From Methanothermus fervidus DSM 2088 (GTDB taxonomy: Archaea; Methanobacteriota; Methanobacteria; DSM-2088; Methanothermaceae): DNA of 64,000 bases. The notes beneath the pieces were generated by a model. That model was not told the origin of the DNA. It saw nothing but the letters and a program-made list of their open reading frames with translations, and searched no databases. Of the stretch, positions 20,646 through 32,396 are shown in pieces. The translations under genes were made by a program, and so were the position numbers. Position 1 is the first letter of the stretch; every line of letters begins with the position of its first letter. Location: NCBI GenBank assembly GCA_000166095.1, contig CP002278.1, positions 918,717 to 982,716 of the forward strand, written 5' to 3'.

Positions 20646-22175
20646 CTAAGAACTAGCATCTCTTATCATCAAAATCTTATTAATGGCATTAAGTACTGCC
20701 TCAACACTGGCCATGACAATGTCTTCCCTAGTAGCACGTCCTGTTGCTTTATTATTATTTTTGTCACTCATAACAACAAATACATCAGCTAAAGCATTAG
20801 TTCCTCCTGTTATGGCATCGATATGGTATTCATCTAACTTAATATCAGCTGTTTCTTTAACTAAGCTTTGAATAGCATTTATAGCTGCATCAACAGGACC
20901 TACACCTGTCTTAGCTCCTGTTTTAATTTTTCCATCTATTTCAAGTTTTACTGTTGCCGTTGGCATTACATTTTCTCCAGTCATTACAGCTATTCCTTTA
21001 AGTTTGACACGTTCTTTTTCTGCTTTACCTAATATTGATAAAGCTAATGCTCTTAAATCAGCGTCAGTAACCATTTTGCCTTTATCACCTAATGTTTTTA
21101 CTTGTTTGTACAATTTCTTAAATTCTTCTTCATTCATTTCAATATCATATTCTTTTAGTTTTGACCTGATTGCATTTGCACCTGTATGTTTACCAAGAAC
21201 GATTCTTCTCTTATGCCCTACCATATCTGGAGTTATTGGTTCGTAAGTCTCTGCTTTCCTTAAAACACCGTGCACATGTATACCTGATTCATGTGCAAAT
21301 GCATTTTCACCTATGATAGCTTTGTTTGGTGGGATTTTAATTCCAGTTAATCCAGAAACTAGTTCAGCTGTGCCTACCAATTTCGAAGTTTTAATATTTG
21401 TATTTATTTTGTAATGTACTGTGAGGGCCATTACTACCTCTTCAAGGGCTGCATTACCAGCTCTCTCACCTATGCCATTCATAGTAACATGTACTTGCTC
21501 GGCTCCAGATTCAACAGCAGCTAATGAATTAGCAACAGCTAATCCAAAATCATCATGACAATGCACACTAATAGGTACTTTAACATGTTTTTTTAAATTT
21601 TCTATAAGTAATTTCATAGCTGATGGAATCATGACTCCTACAGTATCAGCAATGTTAATTTTATCAACGCCTGCATCTTCTACAGCTTTACATATTTTAC
21701 ATAAGTAATTAAATTCTGTTCTTGTGGCATCTTCAGCGGAAAATTCAGCTGTAAGTCCATGATCTTTGATATATTCAACAGCGAAAACAGCTTTATCAAT
21801 TATTTCGTCTTTACTCATCTTTAATTTATAATCTCTATGTAATGGTGAAGTACCTATAAATGTATGAACGTAATCTATATCACAATCAATTGCAGCGTCT
21901 ATGTCTTCCTTTAATACACGTGCCAATCCACATATCTTAGCATTTAAACCAAGTGATGAAATTTTTGATGTAGCACTTCTTTCTCCTTTAGATGCGGCTG
22001 GAAATCCAACTTCTATGATATCTACTCCTAATTCATCTAATTTTCTTGCTATTCTAACTTTCTCATCCACAGTTAATGCAACGCCAGGAGTCTGTTCACC
22101 ATCTCTTAACGTCGTATCAAATATATAAACTCTTTCAGGTAGATTTAAAGATTTTTTTACTTCTTCGATGTACAT
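20646..22175 (-). CDS. 2-isopropylmalate synthase / (R)-citramalate synthase family (LeuA/CimA)
   Basis: DTTLRDGEQ and [13 protein letters not shown] motifs; C-terminal regulatory domain; cannot discriminate LeuA vs CimA vs AksA from sequence alone. Confidence 0.75.
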   Translation of the reverse strand: MYIEEVKKSLNLPERVYIFDTTLRDGEQTPGVALTVDEKVRIARKLDELGVDIIEVGFPAASKGERSATSKISSLGLNAKICGLARVLKEDIDAAIDCDIDYVHTFIGTSPLHRDYKLKMSKDEIIDKAVFAVEYIKDHGLTAEFSAEDATRTEFNYLCKICKAVEDAGVDKINIADTVGVMIPSAMKLLIENLKKHVKVPISVHCHDDFGLAVANSLAAVESGAEQVHVTMNGIGERAGNAALEEVVMALTVHYKINTNIKTSKLVGTAELVSGLTGIKIPPNKAIIGENAFAHESGIHVHGVLRKAETYEPITPDMVGHKRRIVLGKHTGANAIRSKLKEYDIEMNEEEFKKLYKQVKTLGDKGKMVTDADLRALALSILGKAEKERVKLKGIAVMTGENVMPTATVKLEIDGKIKTGAKTGVGPVDAAINAIQSLVKETADIKLDEYHIDAITGGTNALADVFVVMSDKNNNKATGRATREDIVMASVEAVLNAINKILMIRDASS

Positions 22176-22176
22176 T

Positions 22177-22815
22177 TTATCCCCTTTTTAATAGATTATT
22201 AACAACATTGTACAATCTTTTGTGGTAAGAAGAATTAGCTTTTGCACTTGTTTTTCCTTTTTGGATGGCATCTAAAATGTCATCAATCCCTGAATGAGTA
22301 TCAACAATTGTAATGCATGCACCAATTTCTTCTGGAAAATGAGCATCACTTGCCCCTATTTCTGGAATATTTCTCTTTTTTGCAAATTTTTTTGCACGTA
22401 AATTACCGATACTTACACATCTTCCATTTAAAACTTCTATGGCGTCAAAATTTAAATTTTTAACTGTAGATCCTAAACTATCTCTTAATTTATCAAAAGG
22501 ATGGGGAGCTATTGCAACCCCGCCAAGGTCTCTTATTCTTTCTAATGTTTCCTCTGCACTAAGGTATTTTTCAATTTCTTCAGTTATACCTAAAGCTACT
22601 ATATGCCCTTCCCTCGTACTAATTTCAATTCCTGGGATTATAAGAATATCTTCAATATTTCTTTTTGCAATAACTTCGTATCCTTTAATTGTATTATGAT
22701 CTGTTATAGCAATTGCATCTAAGCCACGTTTTTTAGCAATTTTAACAATATCATCCGGAATATTTTTTGAATCCCCAGAATATAGTGTGTGAATGTGTGG
22801 ATCCAATTTTATCAA
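22177..22815 (-). CDS. PHP-domain metal-dependent phosphoesterase
   Basis: N-terminal [11 protein letters not shown] and ITDHN motifs. Confidence 0.65.
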   Translation of the reverse strand: MIKLDPHIHTLYSGDSKNIPDDIVKIAKKRGLDAIAITDHNTIKGYEVIAKRNIEDILIIPGIEISTREGHIVALGITEEIEKYLSAEETLERIRDLGGVAIAPHPFDKLRDSLGSTVKNLNFDAIEVLNGRCVSIGNLRAKKFAKKRNIPEIGASDAHFPEEIGACITIVDTHSGIDDILDAIQKGKTSAKANSSYHKRLYNVVNNLLKRG

Positions 22816-22850
22816 ATAATCACCTTAAAATTTTATAAAATTTAAAATCA

Positions 22851-22926
22851 CGGACCCGGCGGGATTTGAACCCGCGACCTTGGGATCCGAAGTCCCACGT
22901 CCTAGTCCAGGCTAGACCACGGGCCC
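22851..22926 (-). tRNA. tRNA-Arg (anticodon TCG)
   Basis: 76-nt cloverleaf read from reverse complement: GGGCCCG acceptor, anticodon loop CTTCGGA, T-loop GGTTCAAATCC; no encoded CCA. Confidence 0.8.
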
Positions 22927-23053
22927 TATAAAAATATTATATTTAGATAAAATTAATATTTGTTCACATAATATATAAAGGCTAACAACAAAAAATTTGT
23001 CTTTTGAGTTTTTTATTAGGGAAGTTAGTCAAAAAATTAACAGAGGTGAAACA

Positions 23054-24880
23054 ATGCGAATTTTATTAATACATGCTGATTATTTAAAGTATCATGTAAG
23101 AGATAAAACAAAGTTTGCAGAAAAAATTGAAGAAGAAATGAAAAAAGGTTCATTTGATGAATCATTGGTAGTGTTTACAGCAGTAGAAAAGGAAGATGAA
23201 AAGAACCCTGATGGTATCATAGATGAAGCTGTTCAAGAGATAAAGAAAATAAAGAAAAAAGTAGGCGCTGAAAATATTGTCATATATCCTTATGCTCATC
23301 TAAGTTCATCTTTAGCTTCACCAGATGCAGCAGTAGATATTTTGAAATCATTAGAATCTAAACTTAAAAGTGAGGGCTTAAAAGTTTCAAGGGTTCCATT
23401 TGGATGGTATAAATCATTTGAAATATCCTGTAAGGGTCATCCTCTTTCAGAATTATCAAGAAATATTAAGGTGAAAACTAAAAAGATCAAAGAAGAATCT
23501 ATTGAATCTGAATGGTTTATTATGGACAACGAAGAATTAATTGAAATTGATAATTATGAATTTAAGGATTTTGAATTTAAAGACGTTGTTTATCATGAAT
23601 TAGGAATTGTAAAACCCTCAGAAAAAGAACCACCTCATATAAAGCTGATGCGTGAAAAGAAGATTGCAGATTATGAACCTTCTGCTGATATAGGACACCT
23701 TAGATGGTACCCAAAAGGTAAACTTATTAGAGATCTTCTATCTGATTATGTTTATTCATTGGTTACTAAATATGGGGCTATGGTAGTTGAAACACCAATA
23801 ATGTATGATCTCAGTGATAAAGCAATTAGAGTTCATGCAGAAAAATTTGGAGAAAGACAATATAGGATCCACAATAAGAAAGAATTAATGTTAAGATATG
23901 CATGTTGTTTTGGAGCATTTAAAATATTAGCTGATTCATTTTTAAGATGGAAAGACCTTCCTGTTAAAATATACGAACTTTCAACCTACAGTTTTAGATT
24001 AGAGCAAAGAGGAGAAGTTGTTGGACTAAAAAGATTAAGATCATTCACAATGCCTGATCTTCACACTGTATGTAGAGATATGCAACAAGCTTTAGAAGAA
24101 TTTGAAAAACAAGTAGAAATGTGTTTAAAAGCTGCTGAAGATTTAAAATTGAACCATAAAGCAATATTTAGATTCACTAAAGATTTCTACGAAGAGAATA
24201 AAGAATGGATAAAATCATTGTCTAGAAAAATAAACGAACCTATTTTAATTGAGTTACTCCCAAAAAGAAAACATTATTGGGTAGCAAAAATAGATTTTGC
24301 AGCAGTGGATAGCCTTGGTAGACCTATAGAAAATTCCACCGTACAAATAGATGTTGAAAGTGGAAAAAGGTTTAATATTAGTTATCTTGATGAAGATGGT
24401 AAAAATAAATTTCCAGTGATATTACATTGTAGTCCTACAGGAAGCATCGAAAGAGTTATTTGTAGTTTACTTGAAGAAAACGCAAAAAAAATAAATAATA
24501 ATAAACTACCAATGTTGCCTGTTTGGCTATCTCCAATACATGTGAGAGTAATTCCAGTATCTGAAAAACATGTAGATTATGCTATAGACATTGTAAAGAA
24601 AATAAATTCTTATGGCATACGAGCAGACATAGATGATACAAATGAAACTGTGTCAAAGAAGGTTAGAAACGCTGGAAAGGAATGGATACCATATGTAGCT
24701 GTAATAGGTGATAAAGAAATTTCTGAAGATGAATTGACAGTGACTATAAGAGAAAATGATGAAAAAAGAGAACTTAAACTAGAAGAATTAATTGAAATTG
24801 TAAAAAATAAATTAAAGAACAAACCCTTCAAGCCATTGACAATACCTTACAGAATATCACAAAGAGTTGAAATAGGATAA
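23054..24880 (+). CDS. thrS: threonyl-tRNA synthetase, archaeal type with N-terminal editing domain
   Basis: Class II aaRS core motifs plus archaeal N-terminal domain ([13 protein letters not shown]...); start refined to ATG 23054 after GAGGTGA. Confidence 0.85.
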   Translation: MRILLIHADYLKYHVRDKTKFAEKIEEEMKKGSFDESLVVFTAVEKEDEKNPDGIIDEAVQEIKKIKKKVGAENIVIYPYAHLSSSLASPDAAVDILKSLESKLKSEGLKVSRVPFGWYKSFEISCKGHPLSELSRNIKVKTKKIKEESIESEWFIMDNEELIEIDNYEFKDFEFKDVVYHELGIVKPSEKEPPHIKLMREKKIADYEPSADIGHLRWYPKGKLIRDLLSDYVYSLVTKYGAMVVETPIMYDLSDKAIRVHAEKFGERQYRIHNKKELMLRYACCFGAFKILADSFLRWKDLPVKIYELSTYSFRLEQRGEVVGLKRLRSFTMPDLHTVCRDMQQALEEFEKQVEMCLKAAEDLKLNHKAIFRFTKDFYEENKEWIKSLSRKINEPILIELLPKRKHYWVAKIDFAAVDSLGRPIENSTVQIDVESGKRFNISYLDEDGKNKFPVILHCSPTGSIERVICSLLEENAKKINNNKLPMLPVWLSPIHVRVIPVSEKHVDYAIDIVKKINSYGIRADIDDTNETVSKKVRNAGKEWIPYVAVIGDKEISEDELTVTIRENDEKRELKLEELIEIVKNKLKNKPFKPLTIPYRISQRVEIG

Positions 24881-24887
24881 ATTTAAG

Positions 24888-25337
24888 TCAACTGTAAGCT
24901 TTTTTACTAGCTGCAATTTTTTTTGCTTTCCAAAATGCAATAACTGAAATTAAACCCAAAATAAAATATGAGCTCAGGCCCTGATATAGTGTCCAATTTG
25001 CAAAATCTTCATTTTTTAATATATAAGTTTCGAGTGCATTGGCTCCTATTACCATCAATCCTAAAACACCTGCTGCAATGCTTAATAATGAAGCTACATA
25101 TAAATAAGAGATAGCTTTTCTTTCTTTTCCTAAAATCGAATTTTTCAAGCCAGCCAAATATATAGATGATATCACCAACAACACAAAAGAGACATATATG
25201 TCTCTTTGAGGATATATTAGGGTTTTTATTTCAATTCCAAAAAATGCTAACAATTCTATTAATCCATAGAAAAGATATAACAAGCCAAAAACCAAAGTTA
25301 AAAATTTAATGGACTTCATGTAATCCCTCCTATCCAA
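24888..25337 (-). CDS. small integral membrane protein (4 TM), last gene of feo operon
   Basis: 149 aa, hydrophobic segments; start overlaps feoB stop. Confidence 0.4.
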   Translation of the reverse strand: MDRRDYMKSIKFLTLVFGLLYLFYGLIELLAFFGIEIKTLIYPQRDIYVSFVLLVISSIYLAGLKNSILGKERKAISYLYVASLLSIAAGVLGLMVIGANALETYILKNEDFANWTLYQGLSSYFILGLISVIAFWKAKKIAASKKAYS

Positions 25338-27310
25338 ATTATCAATAGAGACATAAGATACGCAACTATTAATTCATAAGCAATAGTTAACAACATCCAT
25401 TTTGTTCCTGCCTCCTGTTTCACAGTTGCCATAGATGCAACACATGGAACATAAAGTAATGTAAATACCATCAAAGCAAATGCATTCACTGGTGTTAAAG
25501 TGTGAGCTAATATTGTTCCAAGTTTTTCTTCCTCAACGCCATTTAATGTTCCAAGAGTCCCTACAACTGATTCTTTTGCAAGAAATCCAAAGAATAATGC
25601 AACGACTATCTTCCAGTCCCAACCCATCGGTTGGAAAAGTGGTTGCAATGCATGACCTATCACTGAAACCCATGATTTATCTATTTGCTCCGTATTTCCA
25701 AGGAATCCAGTAGGGCCTGTTATAGAAAGTAGCCAAACTAAAACTACAACTGCAAAAATGATAGTACCTGCCTTTCTAAGGAAAAGTTTTGTTCTCGTCC
25801 AAGTAGGACCTAAAATACTTCTCCAGGTTGGTCTATTGTAAGGTGGCAATTCCATTACAAAATGCGATGGTTTTCCTTTGAATATAATTTTCCTGAAGAT
25901 CCATGCCAAAAACAATGCAACAAGAATTCCAATGATATACATGCTGGTTATCACTGTTCCTTCTTTTCCTGCAAAAAATGCACCAGCCAATAGTACATAA
26001 ACTGGTAAACGGGCACTGCAAGACATTAATGGATTTACAATTATTGTTAATATTCTGTCTTTCTCGTCCTCGAGTGTTCTTGTTGCCATTATTGCTGGAA
26101 CATTACAACCAAAACCCATGACGAGAGGTATAACTGATTTGCCATGTAAACCGCATTTTTTCATAAGTCTGTCCATTACAAACGCTGCTCTAGCCATATA
26201 GCCACTGTCTTCCAATAATGAAAACATAAGGAATAAGAATGCTATCGGTGGAAGAAAAGACAACACTGTACCAAATCCATTACATATTCCATCTTTAATA
26301 AAAGATGCAAGTACGGGATTTTGGATTATGGAAGATGCATGGTCGCCTATCCATCCAAAAAACATGGTTATCATGTCTTTAAATGGCGCTGAAACATCAA
26401 AAGTAAATTTAAATGCCATCCACAACAATGCAAAAAATGAAGGCAACCCTAAATATTTATGCGTAAAAACTTCATCAAGCATGTCGCTAACAGTTAATTT
26501 TCCTTTCTTTTTATGCATAACTTTCTTTACGATATGAGATATGATACTATATCTCTCATTTGCAAGTTCAAGTTCCATATCTGTTTTAAAACGATTTCTA
26601 ATCTTGATAACCTTATCAAAAATTTTGTTTTTAATTTTATTTTCACACTCTGTCCTTATAATATTTCTAACTTCTGGATCTCCTTCAAGTAATTTAATTG
26701 CTAGCCATTTTACATTGTAATTTCTTTTTAACTTTTTATCATTGGAAATGATATTAACTAATTCAACAATGTAGGGAGTAAACTTAGGATAATCCAATAT
26801 AGGGGCTTTTTTGTTTAAAGAGTCAACAATTTTATCCTTTAATTTTTCTATACCAATTCCTTCACATGCTATTGTAGTAACAACTGGTATTCCAAGCAAT
26901 TCTCCAAGTTTTTTTGCATTAATTTCATATCCTCTTTCTTTAGCAATGTCTACCTTATTTAAAACTAATAATACATTTGCTCCAATTTCTAAAAGTTGTA
27001 ATGTTAAATATAAGTTCCTCTCTAAATTTGAGGCATCTAAAATATCAATTACAACTTTAGGTTTTGTTTTTACTATGAAATCCCTTGCTATTTTTTCATC
27101 AATTGATTCTGCAGATAATCCATATACACCTGGTAAATCTATAACTTTAAAATTAATTCCTTTGTGTGTAAATTCACCAACCTTTTTTTCTACAGTCACT
27201 CCAGGCCAGTTTCCAACATGTTGTTTTAAACCAGTTAATGAATTAAAAATGGTGGATTTACCTGTATTAGGATTTCCAATAACTGCAATAGTAACTGCTT
27301 TTTTATTCAT
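25316..27310 (-). CDS. feoB: ferrous iron transporter FeoB
   Basis: N-terminal G domain VIGNPNTGKST; C-terminal polytopic membrane domain; 664 aa. Confidence 0.9.
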   Translation of the reverse strand: MNKKAVTIAVIGNPNTGKSTIFNSLTGLKQHVGNWPGVTVEKKVGEFTHKGINFKVIDLPGVYGLSAESIDEKIARDFIVKTKPKVVIDILDASNLERNLYLTLQLLEIGANVLLVLNKVDIAKERGYEINAKKLGELLGIPVVTTIACEGIGIEKLKDKIVDSLNKKAPILDYPKFTPYIVELVNIISNDKKLKRNYNVKWLAIKLLEGDPEVRNIIRTECENKIKNKIFDKVIKIRNRFKTDMELELANERYSIISHIVKKVMHKKKGKLTVSDMLDEVFTHKYLGLPSFFALLWMAFKFTFDVSAPFKDMITMFFGWIGDHASSIIQNPVLASFIKDGICNGFGTVLSFLPPIAFLFLMFSLLEDSGYMARAAFVMDRLMKKCGLHGKSVIPLVMGFGCNVPAIMATRTLEDEKDRILTIIVNPLMSCSARLPVYVLLAGAFFAGKEGTVITSMYIIGILVALFLAWIFRKIIFKGKPSHFVMELPPYNRPTWRSILGPTWTRTKLFLRKAGTIIFAVVVLVWLLSITGPTGFLGNTEQIDKSWVSVIGHALQPLFQPMGWDWKIVVALFFGFLAKESVVGTLGTLNGVEEEKLGTILAHTLTPVNAFALMVFTLLYVPCVASMATVKQEAGTKWMLLTIAYELIVAYLMSLLIIWIGGIT

Positions 27311-27566
27311 ATATTAATTCCTCCACATATATTTTAGATGCTAATCCTCTTCCAATGGCTATTTGGCCTCCACCATTCAAAGATACAATTATAGGTCCTG
27401 ACATTTGATTTCTAATGACAGAGACTTCTTTCCCAGGTTTTAATCCCAAATCTATTAATTTTCTAGCTAATCCCCGCCCACCTAACAATTTTTTTATCTT
27501 AACTTTTTTATTTTCTCTTGTCAATGCTAGAGGAAGTATTAATGTTTTCATTTTTTTCAACCTCAA
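27303..27566 (-). CDS. feoA: FeoA domain protein
   Basis: 87 aa SH3-like FeoA signature (G.....G...I......G). Confidence 0.7.
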   Translation of the reverse strand: MRLKKMKTLILPLALTRENKKVKIKKLLGGRGLARKLIDLGLKPGKEVSVIRNQMSGPIIVSLNGGGQIAIGRGLASKIYVEELIYE

Positions 27567-27780
27567 TATATTGAGCTTCTTCGCTCCTTAATGACAATAA
27601 ATATCCTTTTATTTCAATTTCTATAGGATCCTTTAGAGGTGCTCTTTTCACAACTTTTACTTTTGTCCCTGGGACAAGTCCCATATCAAAAAATCTTGAT
27701 TTAGGACCTCCTAAAATATTTTTGATTTTTACAATTTCACCAGTTTTAACTTCATTTAATCTCATTATATACAGCCCCAT
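27508..27780 (-). CDS. feoA: FeoA domain protein
   Basis: 90 aa; LVPGTKVKVV...GPIEIEI pattern. Confidence 0.7.
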   Translation of the reverse strand: MGLYIMRLNEVKTGEIVKIKNILGGPKSRFFDMGLVPGTKVKVVKRAPLKDPIEIEIKGYLLSLRSEEAQYIEVEKNENINTSSSIDKRK

Positions 27781-28487
27781 TATTTCACATGAATTTTTTC
27801 AGCTAGTTTTTGACTCAATGTAACAAGGTCTCCATTTACTTTCACTAAAAAATAGCTTCCTTCCATTTTTTCTTTTTCATAATCTTTTTTATTTATTATT
27901 TTTATTTTTTTGCCTTTTTCAATCCCCATTTCCTTGAAACGATTTAATAAATTTGTTCCAGCTATTAATTCATGAACTTTAGCCTCTTGATTTTTCTGTA
28001 ATTGAGTTAGTTGCATTTTTTCTCCATTTTTTTCTATCAGTATTTTAGAAGCTTCACCAGCGTCTAAAGTTATTTTATCCTTCTTTCCATTGATTTTCAA
28101 AACAAAGGAAACATCTGGGAAATTATCTACTAAAACTTCCATGCCTTCAGAAATTCCTAATCTAGCTATTCTTTTATTAAAGGTTCTACTACCCATAATA
28201 GTCCTTATTCGTCCTTTTTCTCCCATATTTAATCTGGATAACGGACAAATTTTTTCTTTAGTTTCTACATAAATTTTTTCGGCCCATCCTCTTCCTATAA
28301 CAATGTTTTTTTCATTTGTTTTTATTAGTAAAGGTCCTTCACTTCCACATTTAGATTTGGTGGCTATTATTTTTATTTTTTTACCTTCTTCAATTCCAAA
28401 TTTCTTTAAAAATTTTTTAATTTTATTTCCACCGTCTATTTTTTCTATAAGATATTCTTCTTTTGGTTTTACATTTGTTACTAACAT
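27780..28487 (-). CDS. triple FeoA-domain protein
   Basis: 235 aa with three internal repeats each resembling a FeoA unit (...GKKIKII..., ...GMEVLVD..., ...GKKIKIIN...). Confidence 0.6.
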   Translation of the reverse strand: MLVTNVKPKEEYLIEKIDGGNKIKKFLKKFGIEEGKKIKIIATKSKCGSEGPLLIKTNEKNIVIGRGWAEKIYVETKEKICPLSRLNMGEKGRIRTIMGSRTFNKRIARLGISEGMEVLVDNFPDVSFVLKINGKKDKITLDAGEASKILIEKNGEKMQLTQLQKNQEAKVHELIAGTNLLNRFKEMGIEKGKKIKIINKKDYEKEKMEGSYFLVKVNGDLVTLSQKLAEKIHVK

Positions 28488-28583
28488 TTTTAGTATCTCC
28501 TCATTTTTTTTAGTTATACTTAAAAAATAATTTATATATAAATTTTACGGTTCAATGAAAAAAATAAAAATAAAACAAGTTTT

Positions 28584-28940
28584 TCATTTTTTTAAAGTTA
28601 TGGCTGCTATTAAAATCAAAATACCAATAATTATTGCGCCTATACCTAAGACATATGGATATATAAGCTCTGGATTAAATAATAGGCACAGACCAGACAC
28701 AGCAAATAATATTCCAACAGCAAATAAAATAATTTGTATTGTACTTCTTGGTAAAAGTATTGGTCTCAAATTTTTATTTTCACTGCGAAATATAGCCATT
28801 AAAAGAAACCCAATACCCATGCCTATAGAACTACCAACATCTGGTCTATGAAAAGCTAATCCGATGCCTACACCAATAAACATGCAAGCAACAAATAATA
28901 GGCCTGTTTTCACACCATGTTTTTGATTTTTTCCTTCCAT
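28584..28940 (-). CDS. small membrane protein (3-4 TM)
   Basis: 118 aa hydrophobic ORF upstream of feo operon. Confidence 0.35.
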   Translation of the reverse strand: MEGKNQKHGVKTGLLFVACMFIGVGIGLAFHRPDVGSSIGMGIGFLLMAIFRSENKNLRPILLPRSTIQIILFAVGILFAVSGLCLLFNPELIYPYVLGIGAIIIGILILIAAITLKK

Positions 28941-29053
28941 TTTTTCACATCATTTTGTTTTTAATTTTAATTTTTTTATAGAGAAAAGTATATATAATAT
29001 AAATTTGATATATCGAGGAAACTATATATAAAAACTATGATATTTTAAAAAAA

Positions 29054-29428
29054 TTGGGTGGGAAGTTTTTGAGTTATGACAAAGAATTTGTAAAAAGATT
29101 TGTCCAGGGATTCGGGAAAACGATGATACTATTTATGATTGGCAAAAAACGCATGCATGGTTATGCAATAATAAAAAAACTTGAAGAAATTTATTGTTCA
29201 GAAAAAATGCCAAACAAAATAAGACATCCAGGCCCAAGTATCGTATATCCAATTTTACATGATCTAGAAAGACGAGGATTAATAAAAGGGCATTGGGAAT
29301 CAAAAGGGAAGAGAAAAATAAAGTATTATGAAATAACACCGAAAGGAAAGGCCACAATAGATAAAATAAAGAAAATAATAGATGAAATATCTAAAATATG
29401 GGATAAATTTTGGAGAGAGATAAGGTGA
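29054..29428 (+). CDS. PadR-family transcriptional regulator
   Basis: winged-helix signature MHGYAIIKKLEE...IVYPILHDLERRGLI; TTG start (possibly a later TTG). Confidence 0.7.
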   Translation: MGGKFLSYDKEFVKRFVQGFGKTMILFMIGKKRMHGYAIIKKLEEIYCSEKMPNKIRHPGPSIVYPILHDLERRGLIKGHWESKGKRKIKYYEITPKGKATIDKIKKIIDEISKIWDKFWREIR

Positions 29429-29432
29429 TAGG

Positions 29433-30401
29433 ATGAAATATGCTATAGAAACATTTAATTTGACCAAAAAATATGGTGATTTAATTGCTGTGAATAAATT
29501 GAATTTTAAAGTTAAAAAAGGTACAATCTTTGGTTTATTAGGCCCAAACGGCGCTGGTAAAACAACGACAGTTAAAATGTTAACATGTTTAATACCTCCG
29601 ACATCTGGTACAGCTAAAGTTGGTGGACATGATATAATTAAAGAGCCAGATAAAGTAAGACAGAAAATAGGAATGGTTCCACAACAAGTAAGCTTGTATA
29701 GGGATTTAACTATAAGAGAAAATTTAGAGTTGTGTGCTGATTATTATGGAGTGCCTAAAGATATTAAGAATGAACGTATTGATGAATTATTAGAACTTGT
29801 TGACATTAAATATGCTGAAAACAAATTGATAAAGCATCTTAGTGGAGGACAACAACAAAAAGCTTCATTGGCTGCAAGTTTAATCCACGAACCTGAAATA
29901 TTGTTTTTAGATGAACCAACTACAGGTCTTGATCCAACTACTAAAAGAATTTTGTGGAATTTAGTTAAAGAATTAAATTCAAAAGGTATTACAATCATAC
30001 TTTGTTCTCATGACATGTATGAAGTTGAACTATTATGTGATTATGTGGGAATCATAAATAAAGGAATTTTGGTGGCATGTGACACGCCACAAGGGCTTAA
30101 GGACATGTTAATTAAAAAATCAAAAAGTCGTACGAGAGAATTAAGTATTTTAATAAATAATCTAAATTCAGAGATAATTAACAATTTAAATGATTTAACT
30201 TTTGTACAAAAAATTAAAAAACATCATAATCAGCGTATAGATATCAGAATAGATACTACTTCTAGTAATTCTATTAATAAAGTGATAAATGCCATTTTAG
30301 GTAGTGGTGGAGAAATAATTGCAATACATACAAAAGATCCTTCTTTAGAAGACGTGTTTATAGAAGTTACAAAAGAAAAAGGTGAAGTCAATGGAAATTG
30401 A
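29433..30401 (+). CDS. ABC-2 type exporter ATP-binding protein
   Basis: Walker A GPNGAGKTT, LSGGQQQK signature, Walker B ILFLDEPT. Confidence 0.85.
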   Translation: MKYAIETFNLTKKYGDLIAVNKLNFKVKKGTIFGLLGPNGAGKTTTVKMLTCLIPPTSGTAKVGGHDIIKEPDKVRQKIGMVPQQVSLYRDLTIRENLELCADYYGVPKDIKNERIDELLELVDIKYAENKLIKHLSGGQQQKASLAASLIHEPEILFLDEPTTGLDPTTKRILWNLVKELNSKGITIILCSHDMYEVELLCDYVGIINKGILVACDTPQGLKDMLIKKSKSRTRELSILINNLNSEIINNLNDLTFVQKIKKHHNQRIDIRIDTTSSNSINKVINAILGSGGEIIAIHTKDPSLEDVFIEVTKEKGEVNGN

Positions 30402-31539
30402 AATTAAAAAATTATATTGGATGATAAAAAAGGATGCACTAACATTGTGGAGACATAAACCAAGATTAATATCAATGTATCTTTTTCCAATACTTATGAT
30501 TGTTTTGTTTGGTTATGGTATGGGTGGAGAATTGAAACACATACCAACAGTGATTGTAACTGAAAGCCACGGTCACCTAACAGATAACACAATTTCAGCT
30601 ATTAAAAAAATAGATATTTATGATGTTAAAGATGTGACTAGTGATGTTAATAAAGCTAAAAACATGGTAAAAAATGGAAAAGTAAAAGCGGCTATCATAC
30701 TTCCAAAAAATTATGAAAATTATAATGAAAATAGAACTGTGACAGTTTATGTAGATTCATCAGATCAAATTGCTAGTGAATCTATAATTCAAGCAACAAA
30801 AGCTATATTTACAAAAATACAGACAGAATCCATGATAAAAGAGATGAAAAATATACAACTAGTTATGCATGGAGTACAACCTACAGGATTTAATTTGTTA
30901 GGTATGATAAATGTTGATATTAAAAAAGCATATGGAGATATAAGGTATATAGACTTTTTAACACCAGGAATACTTGCAATGACGGTTATGATGGCATGTA
31001 TGTTTGCCATGGGAGCTACAATAGCTGGTGAAAGAGAAAGAGGAGAATTACCAAGATTATTTATGACACCAACTAATGTTAGCACGGTTTTAATAGGTAA
31101 AATATTATCAAGGTTAACATTGGAGACTGGTAGAGCATTGGTTTTATTGTTTTGTGCAATAATATTATTTTCAGTGTCTGTAAAAGGTAATATACTTCTA
31201 GTGATACTTTTACTTGTTCTTACAGCATTGTGTTTTATTGGTTTAGGAATAATGATTTCTGGAAGGGTTGAAACACAAGAAGATTATTCACAAATAGTAA
31301 TGCCAATTGCAATGCCAATGATGTTTATTTCTGGAGTATTTTACCCAATAGAGACAATGCCATGGATATTTCAGAAAATAGCATATTTACTACCATTAAC
31401 TTATGCAAATTTGGCAATAAGAAGTGTAATGCTTAAAGGAGCCTCATTAGGTACAATATGGCCATATATAGCTGTATTAATTGGATATACATTGTTGTTT
31501 TTTGTGTTGGGTGTAAAAGGATTTAGAAGAGATATGTAA
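30391..31539 (+). CDS. ABC-2 type exporter permease
   Basis: 6 TM helices, large first extracytoplasmic loop; ATG 30391 after GGTGA. Confidence 0.75.
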   Translation: MEIEIKKLYWMIKKDALTLWRHKPRLISMYLFPILMIVLFGYGMGGELKHIPTVIVTESHGHLTDNTISAIKKIDIYDVKDVTSDVNKAKNMVKNGKVKAAIILPKNYENYNENRTVTVYVDSSDQIASESIIQATKAIFTKIQTESMIKEMKNIQLVMHGVQPTGFNLLGMINVDIKKAYGDIRYIDFLTPGILAMTVMMACMFAMGATIAGERERGELPRLFMTPTNVSTVLIGKILSRLTLETGRALVLLFCAIILFSVSVKGNILLVILLLVLTALCFIGLGIMISGRVETQEDYSQIVMPIAMPMMFISGVFYPIETMPWIFQKIAYLLPLTYANLAIRSVMLKGASLGTIWPYIAVLIGYTLLFFVLGVKGFRRDM

Positions 31540-31540
31540 C

Positions 31541-31560
31541 CTTTTTTATTTTTTATTAAA
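31541..31560 (+). terminator. oligo-T archaeal-type terminator after ABC-2 permease (CCTTTTTTATTTTTTATT)
   Basis: T tracts immediately after stop codon. Confidence 0.4.
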
Positions 31561-31618
31561 TGATAAATTATTTATTATTAAGTTAAATTAAATTCTTAAA
31601 AAGTTGGAGGTATAGTCT

Positions 31619-32383
31619 ATGTTATGGATTTTGGTTGCAGTTGTAATAGTATTACTTATAATATTAGCTCAGTCATTGAAAATTGTAAATCAATATGAAA
31701 GAGGAATAGTGTTTAGGTTAGGTAAAGTTATAGGAGTAAAAGAGCCTGGTTTAAGAATTATAATACCATTTATAGACAGAATGGTTAAGGTATCTCTAAG
31801 GATTGTCACATTGCCAATTCAATCACAAAAAATAATAACCCAGGACAATGTATCTATAGATGTAGCTGCAGTAGCATATTTCAAAGTAGTTGATCCTCTT
31901 AAGGCAGTGATATCTATAGAAGATTACTATAGTGCTGTTAATCAAATATCACAAACCACAGTGAGAAATGTTGTGGGTAAATTTGAATTAGATGAAATAT
32001 TATCTGAAACTTCCAAAATTAATGAGGAAATTAAAAAAACAATCGATGAACACACTAAAAAATGGGGAATAGAAGTGATGACAGTGGAAATAAAAGATAT
32101 AAAATTACCTGAAAGCATGCAACGTGCAATGGCAAAACAAGCTGAAGCTGAAAGAGAAAAAAGAGCTAAAATTATAACTGCAGAAGGAGAATATTTATCA
32201 GCGAAAAGGCTTGGTGAAGCAGCAGATATAATTGAAAAACATCCAGTGGCATTACAACTTAGAAATCTTCAAGTACTTACTGAGATTGCCGCAGAAAAAA
32301 ATTCCACAATAGTTTTTCCAGCTCAATTTATGAGCAGCATCAATGATATAAAAAAGTTTATTGAAAAAGAATCAAGAAAATGA
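31619..32383 (+). CDS. SPFH/band-7 (stomatin/prohibitin-like) membrane protein
   Basis: N-terminal TM helix then band-7 core and coiled-coil [20 protein letters not shown]. Confidence 0.8.
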   Translation: MLWILVAVVIVLLIILAQSLKIVNQYERGIVFRLGKVIGVKEPGLRIIIPFIDRMVKVSLRIVTLPIQSQKIITQDNVSIDVAAVAYFKVVDPLKAVISIEDYYSAVNQISQTTVRNVVGKFELDEILSETSKINEEIKKTIDEHTKKWGIEVMTVEIKDIKLPESMQRAMAKQAEAEREKRAKIITAEGEYLSAKRLGEAADIIEKHPVALQLRNLQVLTEIAAEKNSTIVFPAQFMSSINDIKKFIEKESRK

Positions 32384-32396
32384 GGAGGTTTAAAAT

